From contig JANJGN010000024.1 in NCBI GenBank assembly GCA_026770705.1, positions 26,908,001-26,972,000 on the forward strand: DNA of 64,000 nt. The letters run 5' to 3'. Below the pieces are notes generated by a model that worked only from the letters and a program-made list of their open reading frames with translations, searched no databases and had not been told where the DNA came from. The stretch comes from Isurus oxyrinchus (taxonomy: Eukaryota). A program made the position numbers and the translations under genes. Positions 38,301-48,520 of this stretch are shown here, in pieces (within the stretch, counting starts at the first letter, position 1; each line of letters opens with the position of its first letter).

Positions 38301-41300
38301 TGACCAGGTTATTGAACCTGTCTATATGACTAATTACTTTCCATTTCCATTGTTCTGCTTCAGATGGTCCACAGCTTGACATATATTACAGAACTTCTGA
38401 CTCAGATATGCCCCATCCACTGCTTCAAGACTTCATTCATGTTAAGCACCAGTCGTTTCTTGAACTAAACTGTACAGCGGACAGTAACCCAGCATCCACA
38501 GTTATCTGGATAAAGAAATCTGGGGAGCAAAGTGGAGACATACAATTGGCTGCTGGAGTAAATATTTCGATTCTGAAGGAAATGAGTGTTGATAATTCAG
38601 ACAGTGGAAAGTATATTTGCAAAGCGCACAATGCACATGACTCAAAAGAATATGCTGTAAAGATATACTTAATATCTGATTTGCGAAGTAAGTGCCAAAG
38701 TGAATGCCTTTTTTTCCTTTATGAATTATTGGTGTGGAACAAACTGAGGCAAGAGCAACTTATTATACACATAAAGCATCCACACATCTTTTAGCTTTCC
38801 AATGCCTATTCACATGTCAAACCAAGATGATTTGATTCTCTGGAATACAGTTCATTAAGTAAAATAACCTGATGATCAATAAGGCCATAAACTATTCAAG
38901 GTATAGTGCCTACAAAAAGGATTAGATGAATACTTGACTCCTTCACTTAATTTGATATCACAAAAATATCTGGGGATTAACCATCCATGTTTAGAGAATT
39001 GCTGAATACCTCTAGATTTCCCTCACTTGAACCATCTTGCACTAACTAGTCTGAAGAAGATTAATATTAATATTAAAGTGACCAACCATCCATCGAAAGA
39101 CCAGTAGACTGCTGAGAAATGGAGTTAACCTCAAAGAGAAAGTCGCACACCAAAACCATGAATGAACATTTCATCATGAGCATACACATTAGAATAAAAT
39201 TAGCAGCATTAGAAGTATACAAGGTATTTGAATAGGAGTTATTAACTGACAATTAGCATCTGAGGTTACTACAGCAGTTTGAATGGATCACAGTAAATCA
39301 CTACAAATAGAGATCTACTTACCTGAAGTTGATATTATGCTTATGGTTGAAAATTGACATGAAGGCAACAAAATTTGTTTAGGTTAGATTTCCTATTTAG
39401 CTGCAAAGTTAACAGCTTTGAGCAGTAAGTATGTAAAATATATTAGGACTAGTTTGATCTGTACATTTCTGAGGGGCTCACAGTTTAGTAATATTCCTAG
39501 GTCTTATACAAAATTGTTCATGAAAATTAACATAAGGCTGGATTTTACAAGGCAACATGTCCCCAGCTAAAAGGTCAGGGGTTAGGGGAGTCCGCCCACA
39601 ATCCCCAATGTTGATGAGCCTGGGTAAGTCTGGGATCAAGGGTCTAGGTGAGGGGAATTGGGGGACCAGGTTCAACAGGCCAGGGGAAAGTTTAAAGGCA
39701 GGGGGTCACCTTGTTGCTGGGGGGAGGGGGACGCCTCCAAAGGGGCCATTAATTGCCCAATTAAGGGCCTCAAAAAATAGCATCCTGCCCTCCCATAGAA
39801 TTTCAGATAGGCTGGGGATGTGGGTAGGGAGCTGTAAGGCTGGATTTTTGGTGCCCTCTTCCTTCAAGCATGCTGGTGAGGAGCATAAAATCCAGCCCGC
39901 AGAGTTTAGTGGCCTCACCTCTCTTTGTATTGCTTGTGCTAGTTTCAGAGATATCAGCATAATTAACCTCTGCTATCATCATATCTCATCTTCTTCTTTC
40001 TCACGGGCATTAACCTTGCTTGTGTTCTCGAGAACTTCACTTACAAACAAGTTAACTCACAAACTCTATAGTCCTGGCTAAATGTGGGGCATCAAGTCAG
40101 ACTGTATGCTGGACAGTTCTGCAAACTGTTCTGATTCAGAATGCACAGATGTGGTTGAAACTTTTTTCATCTGTTTTGAGGTTTAAAAAAGCCCAATTGG
40201 CTCTCAGGCCTTTGAAGCAGATTGAGGCATTAAAGCAAAAAAACAGCCCTGTGGCTAAATTTAATTGTCATAGTGTAAAATGTAACTTATATTTTTTTTA
40301 TTTCTTCAGAACTTAACTTTAGATATTAGAAATTTTATTGCCAGAGAAAATAAAGTGGATGTAATTATTTTGAAAAAGCATTTTGAATGATTTGATTGGT
40401 TCTTAACAAATTGTTAATAGTGAATTGTTTATCGCTGGATAAACCTTTGCTATTATAACTGTTGGCTTCCATTCTAAACATTTCCCATGGATTTTCAATG
40501 TTAAATGTTGATATTCAAATTGTGATTCAACATCTTGTCACATGACCCAAGATTTTGTAATGTGAATATAAATATACCACAATTGCCCAGGCCCAAATAT
40601 CACAAGGGTTAAACTCAACATTTCAGCTGATCAATCATTTCTGGAGAAAAAATATATACATTGAAGGAAAACAGCTTAACAACAGACAGGTTAGCAGTGT
40701 TTGTGAAAATACCTTTATCTGTAGTAGATAATACTAAGTTTAAAACAGTGATATTACCTTACCAAGACATACTGAGTTATAGAAATAGATGTATTCCTAC
40801 TTTCTACACAGTGGGACAGAAATCCTGCACTGAAATTATTGGAGAAAATGAAATTTAATTCACAAATGGTAATGATCATACAATATTGAGTCAGTAAACC
40901 ATGAACGCAATTTAGCTCCTATTTGCCAGCATTCTTTTACACTGAAGCAGGTCGTAAGAAACTCAAAATACTTTTCTGTTCCTTCACAGGTGGTTTTCCT
41001 ATCCAATCTATAACATTCCCAATCTTTGTGGTCTCTGTCACTTTATTACTGATCTGTTACAGTAGACTGGAAGGTAAAGGTAAATAAATTAACCGACATC
41101 TAACGTGAAGCACAAATGTGAAGTGACAGTTTTAATAGATATTGACTCAGTCACTGGTTGACGTGATTTGGTTTGGTTAAGAGGATTTGAAATGAGAAAG
41201 AAAGTAAGTCACCAAACCTGCTCAATAAAGTGTTCATATGATGATTGGTCATGGGAAAATTATAGTCAGCACCACCGAGTGGTTGCAAGATATCGTAAAT

Positions 41301-44300
41301 GAAGTATCAGAGAGATAGCATGTTGGCAAATTATGGATGTGCATGGCTATTTAGTGCTGAATCTCCGGATTAAGTAAAGTGGTAATTTAAAAGGATGATC
41401 ATAAACAACTGTAAATGGAACTAAGTGGAAAGGTGTAGACATTTTATTTTGAAACACAGGGGCTTAAGCTGAAATAAGATCATAAAAAAATACCTTTCTG
41501 AAAATGATTAATAACGGATTGCAGTTTTGGGGGTAATAAAGTGGCGTGTTTATATTTCGTTTAAAAGTCTGAAATTTACTGGAATGTGGTGGCTTAGAAG
41601 GATATAATAGCATTGAAATGCAATGTTGTGGTTACACAGTCCAGCAGTCCCTGTGTGTGGAAGTCCTGTTCAAGGCAATTGCATAATTATTCAGTCTCCC
41701 TCATGAATTACAGACAGTAAAGGTAAATAGGTGTGCCAGGTCCTGAACGTGTAGTCCTTCAACAAGGGCAAGAGTTTACCAAATAACTCAGGTGAAATGA
41801 TAAAACAAAAATAGAATTACCTGGAAAAACTCAGTAGGTCTGGCAGCATCGGCGGAGAAGAAAAGAGTTGACGTTTCGAGTCCTCATGACCCTTCAACAG
41901 ATCTGATGCCTGCTTTCCTGTTCTAAGTCTAGGAGCACCATCGGAATTTTGAAAGGGGTTTCTCATGGCTGAAAAATTTGCACATTGCAAGTAACATGTC
42001 AGCAGCCAGCAGGAGTATGGTGGGCAGTGTCATCTGTAGCAGTAATGTTGAAAGAAACAAACACCATAAACAACTTATGCATCAAAACATTGCAGAAATA
42101 GATAAGCAGAAATGGTGAAAAGAAAGCTGTCAATATAATAATAATCAAATAGAGCTTAAAAATCTCCCAAATGTTACAGCAACAAAGCATATAAAAAGAG
42201 TGACCAGATGAAAAAATTGACATTGCAGAATATTCCTAATAATCCACAATTCTACTCCTTTCACAGGTCAGTACTGCCCTTACAACTGTAGGTAAGTCAC
42301 AAGCTAACCTCTCACTCTTTTAGTGTAAATGTTGGAATCAACAGTTTGAGATCATTTGCACCAAAGAACATGCATATTTACAACACCGGAAACAACCTTA
42401 ATCATGCAGTTCAGGAAGTTCTAAACCTCAGACCCTGACTTCCTTTTACACTCTGCGCCAGATAGCAGGGTTTGGACGAACTGAAGTTTCCCGAGACTAA
42501 AGTATGGAATGCCAGCCAGGAGAGCATTGCAATTGTCAGTCAGCTTGGAAGTCACAAACACTTCCAAACACCACCTTCTCCAACCCCAACCACCACGAAC
42601 CTCACCTCCATCCGCCATCACCCAGAGAGGCCTCCAAGCCATCCCCCCTGACCCCCAGACCTCCCATTCCCTACCCCCAAACTTTTGGCCCGGGCCCCCC
42701 ACCACATATCCACCAGGATCACCAACCAATCCCATCCTGGAATCAGGCCATGGTCAGAATCAACACCACCCTCACCCGAGATTAACCCCCATACCCCCAC
42801 CAGAGGTGTGGACATGGATCTACCTTGTCCTAGGGCCTCTGCTGGATCACTCCCCATTCAACTGAAAGCCAAGTCTGTCAGTCAGGGGAATCTGTCGGTG
42901 ATGACACACATACAAACCGTACCCCATGGATATGGGGCAACCCTGACTTCTGGGTCACCTGGGCCCTACTGAGACTGTAATAGAGACTGGATCAACTGAG
43001 GCTTTCAAAGGGCAATTGGATAATTGGCTGAAAGGGAAAAAAAATATTGCCAGGCTACGGAGAAAAGGCAGGGAAGTGGCACTAGGTGAGTTGCTTCTTC
43101 AGAGGGCCAGCACAAACACGATGGGTTCAATAACTCCTTCTGGATTTTAAACACTCACAGCTGGTCAGCTAAATTAAAATCCTGCCTTATGGCAGTAACC
43201 CTGCTTGGTCTGGATGACAGATTCTGACAACACAGGAGCAATGGAGGGTCTGGGACAGGTAGTGGAGTGGTAGAAAGATGCATCATCAGTAAGTAAGTAT
43301 GTAAGTTGAATACATGGCCAGGATTTTCCTATGGTGGGCAGGCTGACGGGAGCAGACTGGGTTGGGCATGGAGCCAATTGCCACCCGCGATTAGCTACGT
43401 GCTGCCATTTTACGAGGACGGGCCAATTAAGGCCCGCCCAGCATAATATGTGAGCATCACGTTACCTGTGCAGGCTGGGGTGGGGGGGGGGGGGGGTGCG
43501 TTGGTGGTGGGGGGGGGGTGCGGGGTGGCGGGGAGGAGGGAGAGTTGGGGCCAGCGCTTATTCGTGTGCATGGAGCTGCCTCAGGGAGATTGAATGGATA
43601 TGAAAATAATTAAAGTATCGATTTAAAAATTTATTCAAACATGTCCCCTCATGTGACTGTGTCACATGAGTGGAGGTGTGTTTTAATACTTATGAAAATG
43701 TATTTATTTAATAAAAGGTTCAGGAAACCTCATCTCACCCGTGGAAGAGGTTTCCTGAAAAACAAGAAGGCCACTTGGGCTTTTTGTCTGCCCGCCAACC
43801 TTAAGTCTGAATGGGCAGCGTTCTTAAGTGCTTTAATTAATTTCTTAATGGCCTTAATAGGCCGTTGACATTTCTGCGGGTGCGCAGCCGACTCCGGCAC
43901 GCGCCTGCTGGACGAAATATTGTGATGGCACGCGATGACGCCGGGAAAGTTGCCCGACATTATCATGCGTCATTTTACATGTCGGCGTGTCTTGCCCCCG
44001 CATGCCTACTGGAGGATTCAGCCCCATGTTTTCAGATGATGTGTAGATGAGGAAGAGGACGGGATCAAGCATAGATTCTTGGAGGACTCCAGAAGAGGTC
44101 TGGGGGCTGGAAGAGAAGACATTCCTGGAGATGTTCTAAGTTTGGATAGGTAAGAGTAAAACTAAGCAACAGCAGTCCCACTGAGCTAAATAACTCAGAG
44201 ACATTGGAAAAGGATGATGTGATTGATCATGACATAGGCTCCAGGAAAATCAAAAGGCTTAAAATGTGTTAGTGAGCTATGGTAACAGCCATAGAATATG

Positions 44301-45727
44301 TCATTTTACTTTGATTAGGGCTGTTTCAGTGCTATGGCAGGAGAGGAAACCTGTTTGGAGCAGATTGAAGCAGGGAGTTATAGAAAAGATAGGCATCATT
44401 TTAGGAGATGAAAGGACATTCAAAGAGATTGGCAGGGAAAGAGAAGTCAGTAATTTGTGAGGACAGAGAGAAAAAGTAATTCATTTTTGAGGAGACAGTA
44501 ATGGCAGCATTTTAAAACAGAGATAGAATGTACTTGAAAGGGAACTGTTTACAATGTCAGCTAGCTTGGGGACCAAAAAAAACATTGGAGGGTGGGGAAT
44601 TTAGTGAAATCAGTGTCAAGGTAGAAAATGGGGTCTCTTGGATGAGATGAGCTCAAAGAAGTCATGACGGGAAATGAGAGAGAATCTAGAGAAAGGTGGG
44701 GGTTGAGGGCAGGGTTGGTCTTGGATGATTTAGATGGTAAGTAAGGGAAAGAGAAGTAGCAAGAGCAGCTGAATGGTTGGTCTCAATATTAGTGACAATG
44801 AAGTCCATGAGCTGCTCACGCTTGTTGAAGGTAATGGTGAATGGCCGGCAGGAGATATAGATTCAAGAAATGGTTGGTAGTCGAGAAAAGAAGAGCGAAT
44901 TGAATATCAAGACTATGAACTGAAGCAGATAAACCAAACATGAGCACAAGACAAGTGCACTTAAGAGGTTTTACCCAACATATATAAATCACAAATCTAG
45001 GATGTGACTCCTTACTGGAACTTCAGACTTACAAAGCACAATACAAAGTGAAACAAGAAAGTCTAATCACAGTATCACTGAAGACTGTGGCTTAAGCCAC
45101 AAAAGACCCAAGCCGTTACCTCCTCTCAAACATACCACCACAAATAACATCCAGTGCTTTTTGCACAGAGCACAAATCATTCAGCTTCATTTATATTGCT
45201 AAGGCACTGCATCAGTAGGCAGTGTGATTTTAGAAGCAATAAGTCATCCTCAAATTTACCAGACCTCTGCAAGGATTTAACAATTAAAGTGCAGGACAAT
45301 AACTTGGCTGGACTGCCATAAAGCCTTTTTTCTCAGCTAATCTCAGTCCTTTTTTAATCAAAATATGGACAAAAAGATAGCAAATCATCTTTTAACGTGA
45401 AGGCTTGTTTACCTCCTGAGCAGTGTTAGCAGCTAATTATAGTTCTTCATTGCCTCAGTAAAAAGTAAATAAATTAAGTTGTATGATGTCTGTGGTAGAA
45501 GCTGATTTGATAGATTAAATTACCTTGCACATTTTATGCTTTATTTCCATAGGGCAATTTTAAATGAGATTCACTGCAGCAGAATGATAGATTCATCCCT
45601 TACAGCTTTGCCATTTTTTTTTCTCATTAGGAACTCAAAGCAACATGGGAACCAAGGAAGATCAGGTGAAAGTGACACTGTAGAAGATGTTGATGTCCAT
45701 AAGGAAATAACAACATCAGAACTCTGA
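23293..45727 (+). CDS. 7-exon IgSF type I membrane protein: leader-V(J-type)-C1-C2/I-TM-cytoplasmic, ~426 aa (424 with the upstream TM donor)
   Basis: Join 23293-23341, 31899-32246, 34692-35039, 38364-38687, 40990-41079, 42267-42291, 45631-45727. All introns are GT-AG, phases 1,1,1,1,1,2 are compatible, and the 1281 nt are open to TGA. Confidence 0.82.
24207..24856 (+). mobile_element. PIF/Harbinger-type MITE
   Basis: TIRs GGTCAGAATTTT / AAAATTTTGGCC, 3-bp TSD TAT. Same family as 32647 and 43316, which are in the opposite orientation. Confidence 0.72.
25081..25221. mobile_element. Short Harbinger-type MITE
   Basis: GGGCAGAAT...ATTCAGCCC with TSD CTA. Confidence 0.62.
25288..28002 (-). mobile_element. 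Penelope-like retroelement (RT + GIY-YIG), 5'-truncated and frameshifted, with inverted pseudo-LTR
   Basis: RT motifs IKPADKGGAVV, FYLLPKIHK..GRPI, DIQSLYTSVP and GVAMGTHMGPSYA (26555-27390). Also FLDL, YKPT..HSYL...SSHP, and GIY-YIG YCIRCSQCGFLYIGETKRRL..RF.EH (25567-26526). 27395-27650 is an inverted copy of 25288-25560. Confidence 0.93.
29400..30310 (+). mobile_element. Decayed CR1-type LINE 5' region (ORF1 N-terminus)
   Basis: MAGQLGFIACVSCSTWELQD followed, after a frameshift, by CRNFCQ...LEKQLESL, resembling the CR1 ORF1 Cys/leucine-zipper start. Boundaries approximate. Confidence 0.5.
30315..31620 (-). mobile_element. Decayed CR1 LINE ORF2 3' part, interrupted by a SINE
   Basis: MEYNVEKREVIHFG is a CR1 RT C-terminal motif; RT-like sequence resumes after 31412. 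Confidence 0.72.
31075..31412 (-). mobile_element. tRNA-derived DeuSINE (SacSINE1-like)
   Basis: Core GTCACATGTAGGCCAGACCAG..CCTTCCCTAAAGGACATT..GAACCAGATGGG, tRNA-like head and LINE-shared tail. Inverse of the copy at 48204. Confidence 0.8.
31899..32246 (+). CDS. Exon 2, Ig V-set domain with built-in J-like G strand
   Basis: Acceptor TTTTGTTCCTTTAG|. Translation VTQP..VSVLRGKSATLNC...VSWY...LKIENV...YTC...GQGTRLHV. Phase-1 donor G|GTAAAT. Confidence 0.93.
32382..33687. mobile_element. Harbinger-type MITE (TSD CAT) containing a nested MITE at 32647-33299 (TSD ATG)
   Basis: Outer ends GGGCAGGATTTT / AAAGTTCAGCAC; inner ends GGCCTGAATTTT / AAAATTCTGGCC. Confidence 0.68.
33758..33892 (+). mobile_element. 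Penelope tail fragment with hammerhead-like core
   Basis: CTGTCGA-A-GGGTC-atgaa-GACTC-GAAAC-GTC-AACT, with a TCTATAT direct repeat at 33751 and 33891. Confidence 0.78.
34692..35039 (+). CDS. Exon 3, Ig C1-set domain
   Basis: C1 signatures LSCHAAGFYPQNISIKWL, RNSDGTFNTTSQL and CQVHH. Acceptor TTACAG|, donor T|GTAAGT, phase 1-1. Confidence 0.93.
35290..35760 (-). mobile_element. CR1 LINE 3'-end fragment with a small MITE inserted at 35542-35683
   Basis: Typical CR1 3' end (AGAAGCAGGATTAGGCCACTCGGCCC...); the insert starts with the TIR-like GGCTGGAATTTT. Confidence 0.65.
36520..38025. mobile_element. Foldback (long palindromic) non-autonomous DNA transposon
   Basis: Nested inverted matches centred near 37300 (37178-37269 vs 37337-37430; 37142-37164 vs 37461-37483; 36991 vs 37616). 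Right end GTGAAAATCCAGGCC; left end approximate. Confidence 0.72.
38364..38687 (+). CDS. Exon 4, Ig C2/I-set domain
   Basis: (LNVN)YGPQL...LELNCTADSNPASTVIW...DSGKYICKAHN. Acceptor TTCTGCTTCAG|, donor A|GTAAGT. Confidence 0.92.
39536..39898. mobile_element. Harbinger-type MITE
   Basis: TIRs GGCTGGATTTTA / TAAAATCCAGCCC. Confidence 0.65.
40990..41079 (+). CDS. Exon 5, transmembrane segment (SGFPIQSITFPIFVVSVTLLLICYSRLEGK)
   Basis: Polypyrimidine acceptor CTTTTCTGTTCCTTCACAG| and an uncharged hydrophobic stretch. Two phase-1 donors, after 41073 and 41079. Confidence 0.78.
41802..41900 (-). mobile_element. Penelope tail fragment with hammerhead-like core
   Basis: Reverse complement reads CTGTTGAAGGGTCATGAGGACTCGAAACGTCAACTC. 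Confidence 0.8.
42267..42291 (+). CDS. Exon 6, 25-nt cytoplasmic micro-exon (GQYCPYNC R)
   Basis: Acceptor TCCTTTCACAG| and donor AG|GTAAGT. It converts phase 1 to phase 2, exactly as the last exon needs. Confidence 0.66.
43316..44024 (-). mobile_element. Harbinger-type MITE (TSD CAT)
   Basis: GGCCAGGATTTT...GGATTCAGCCC; inverted homologue of 24207-24856. Confidence 0.72.
44030..44850 (-). mobile_element. Highly decayed L2-type LINE fragment
   Basis: Purine-rich + strand; the minus strand near 44780-44820 reads EQLMDFIVTNIET, an L2-like ORF2 motif. Confidence 0.45.
45631..45727 (+). CDS. Exon 7, cytoplasmic tail NSKQHGNQGRSGESDTVEDVDVHKEITTSEL*
   Basis: Acceptor TTTTTTTTTCTCATTAG|, phase 2, stop TGA at 45725-45727. 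Confidence 0.66.
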
Positions 45728-46569
45728 ACATCTGGGAATTCTCATCAACAATCTGTTAATCTTGTTTTCGACAAAGTATCATTTAGCCCAGAAGTTTGTT
45801 TATGCTGAGCCCTTTTCGGAGACCCATGGCCCATGTGAAATCTATCTTCTCTAAAAATAACAGTATTTACGTAGGGAATAAGATAATTTTGTTCTCTTGG
45901 CTAATCTAACCTATTGCTTAAGGCATTCAGCCACTCCAATCATTTCATAAAACAAACTTTTGCCCCAAAAACTGCAAATGTTCATCTCAAGAACATACTA
46001 TCAGATGATGGTGCCATCCTCAGTGAAGAGCACCGGCTCATCTTGTTGATTTGGTTCATTTTATTTTGTCTCATTTACAATGCCAAAATATTAATTACTT
46101 TTGAGAGGAGTAATATGTCCAAGAGACCTAAAACCAGTTTGATGTGGCCCTGAAAAATTGCCCCACTCAATAGAGAGTCAGACACTAGCCTCTGAAATTG
46201 ACTTTATTACACCCTTTCATAGTCCTGAGGTAACAAACCAAGTAAATATTAAGAGAAATTCCTCTTCTATCTTAAAATTAAAATAAGAACACAAGAAATA
46301 AGAGAAGAGTAAACCTCTCGGCCCATTGAGCCTGCTGCACCATTTAATTTAATCATGGCTTCTTTTGAGCTTCAACTCCATTTTCCTGCCCCCTCTCCAT
46401 AATCCTTGATTCCCTGAGAGACCAAAAATCTGTCCATCCCAGCCTTAAATGTATTCAACAACGGAGCATCCACAACCCTGTGGGGTAGACAATTCCAAAC
46501 ATTCATAATCCTTTGAGTGAAGTAAGTTTGCCCCATCTCAGTTAATGATCGGCCTCTTATCCTTTTTTT

Positions 46570-47630
46570 ACTTCTTTTCATGAGATGTGGGCGTCACTGG
46601 CTAGGCCAGAATTTATTGCCCATCCTTAATGGCCCTTGAGAAGATGGTGGTGAGCCACTATAGCCCATATGGTGTAGGTACACCCACAGTGGTGTTAGGA
46701 AGGGAGTTCCAAGACTTTGACCCAACAACAGTGAAGGAACGGTGATATATTTCCAAGTCAGGATGGTGTGTGTCTAGGAGGAAATTTGCAAGTGGTGGTT
46801 TCCACTCTGTGCAGCCCTTGTCCTTCTAGGTGGGTAGAGGTCATGAGTTTGGAAGGTGCTGTCAAGGGAAGCTTGATGATTTACTGCAGTGCATCTTGTA
46901 GATGGTATACACTGCTGCCACTGTGCATTGGTGGTAGAAGGAGTGCAAGTTTAAGGTGGTGGATGGGGTGCCAATCAATTGGGCTGCTTTGTCCTGGATG
47001 GTGTCAAGCTTTTTGAATGTTGTTGGAGCTGAACTCATCCAGGCAAGTGGAAAGTATTCCATCACACTCCTGACTTGTGCCTTGTAGATGGTGGACGGGC
47101 TTTGGGGAGTCCAGAGGTGAGTTGCTTTCCACAGAATTCCCAACCTCTGGCCTGCCTGTTGTATCCACAGTATTTATATTGTTGTTCCAGTTCAGTTTTT
47201 GGTCAATGGTAACCCCCAGAATGTTGATAGTGGAGGATTTAGCGATGGTACTGCCACTAGCTGTCAAGGGGAAATGATTGGATTCTCTCTTATTGGAGAT
47301 GGTCATTGCCTTGCAATTGTGTGGCACAAATATTACTTGCCACTTCGCAGCCAAAGCCTGAATGTTGTCCATGTCTTGTTGCTTATGGACATGGACTGCT
47401 TCATTTTCTGAGGAGTCATGAATGATGCTTAACGTTGTGCAATCATCAGCAATCATCTCCACTTCTGACCTTATGATGGAATGAAAGTCATCGATGAAGC
47501 AGCTGAAGATGATTGGGCCGAGGACACTACCCAGAGGAACTCCTGCAGTGATGTCCGGGACTAAGATGATCTAAGATGATTGACCTCCAATAATCACAAC
47601 CATCTTCCTTTATGCTAGGTATGACTCCAA
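46570..47630 (-). mobile_element. CR1/L2-clade LINE 3' part (SINE-partner family), inserted into a CR1 3' fragment (46285-46560, 47630-47695)
   Basis: IADDCT, LGVTIDQKLNW and IYKAQVRSVMEY.PLAWMS..PTT.KKLDTIQDKAA. The 3' tail TTTATTGCCCATCC..TAAT.GCCCTTGAG is shared with the SINE. Confidence 0.85.
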
Positions 47631-48203
47631 CTCCTGAGACCGTACCCTCGTGTTTTACTTTGCCCCGCCAGTGGAAACAATCTACCCTATTAAGTTCACA
47701 GACTCTTGTATGTTACCATTATGTTACCAAGCGGCAGGCAACAACTTCAGGAAATTGAAGCAACAAATGGTCCACTTTATCCCAGAACATTAATAGCTAT
47801 GATTTTTTTGCTTATTTCACGATTGAAAATAATTCAATAAATAGATGACTCATAATTATGCAGGATTACTCTTCTTTGTAATAAATATACAGAATTGAGA
47901 TGGTGCGATCATTTCTTTCCCTGCCCTGAGGACAAGTCTCTGCATTTCATTTGAACTTAACTTCTATTGATGTTTAAGAGTCAAACATATAACTGGAATG
48001 AGGGAACCAAGCTTGGTGGACACAGATCTAATTCGCGGTAAATGAAATCACTCATTGTCATAAGCAGAATGATCACCTAAGCATTAAATACAACATGGAA
48101 CCAACTAGCATACATGAAACTATACCATACTGCCATTAAAATATATTTATTTTTCGCACATTTGATGAAAAGGGAACATGGGAGGAGGGCAGCTCAAAAG
48201 CAT

Positions 48204-48520
48204 GGGGAGGCAATGGTGTAGTGGTTATATCACTGGACTAATAATCCAGAGATCCAGGGGAATGCTCTAGGAGGCCTGGGTTCCATAGCAGATGGTGGAA
48301 TTTGAATTAAAAATCTAATTATTGTTGTAAAAACCCATTCTGGTTCACTAATGTCCATTTAGGTAAGAAATTCTGTTATCCTTACCTGGTCTGGCCTACA
48401 TGTGACTCCAGACCACACAGCAATGTGATTGACTCTTAAATGCCCTCTGAAGGGAAATTATAGATAAGCAATAAATGCTGACCTAACCAGCGACAGCCAC
48501 TTCAAATGAATTTTTAAAAA
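48204..48520 (+). mobile_element. tRNA-derived DeuSINE (SacSINE1-like)
   Basis: A-box TGGTGTAGTGG, core CTGGTCTGGCCTACATGTGACTCCAGAC, tail AATAAATGCTG. Confidence 0.82.

Noticed and set aside
31899-38687. Calling the gene IgNAR, TCR, IgL, SIRP or NCR3LG1
   Set aside because: No separate D/J segments, the third domain is C2/I rather than C1, and there is no charged TM residue or ITIM. The evidence does not support a gene symbol.
42267-42291. CD4/CD8-like Lck-binding motif or ITAM in YCPYNC
   Set aside because: The Cys spacing is CX3C rather than CXC, and the tyrosines are not YxxL/I pairs.
43476-43550. G-quadruplex-forming G runs
   Set aside because: A low-complexity tract inside a MITE with no evidence of function.
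46277-47841. Poly(A) signal for the IgSF gene (ATTAAA 46277, AATAAA 47836)
   Set aside because: Cannot choose between candidates in AT-rich sequence without 3'-end data.
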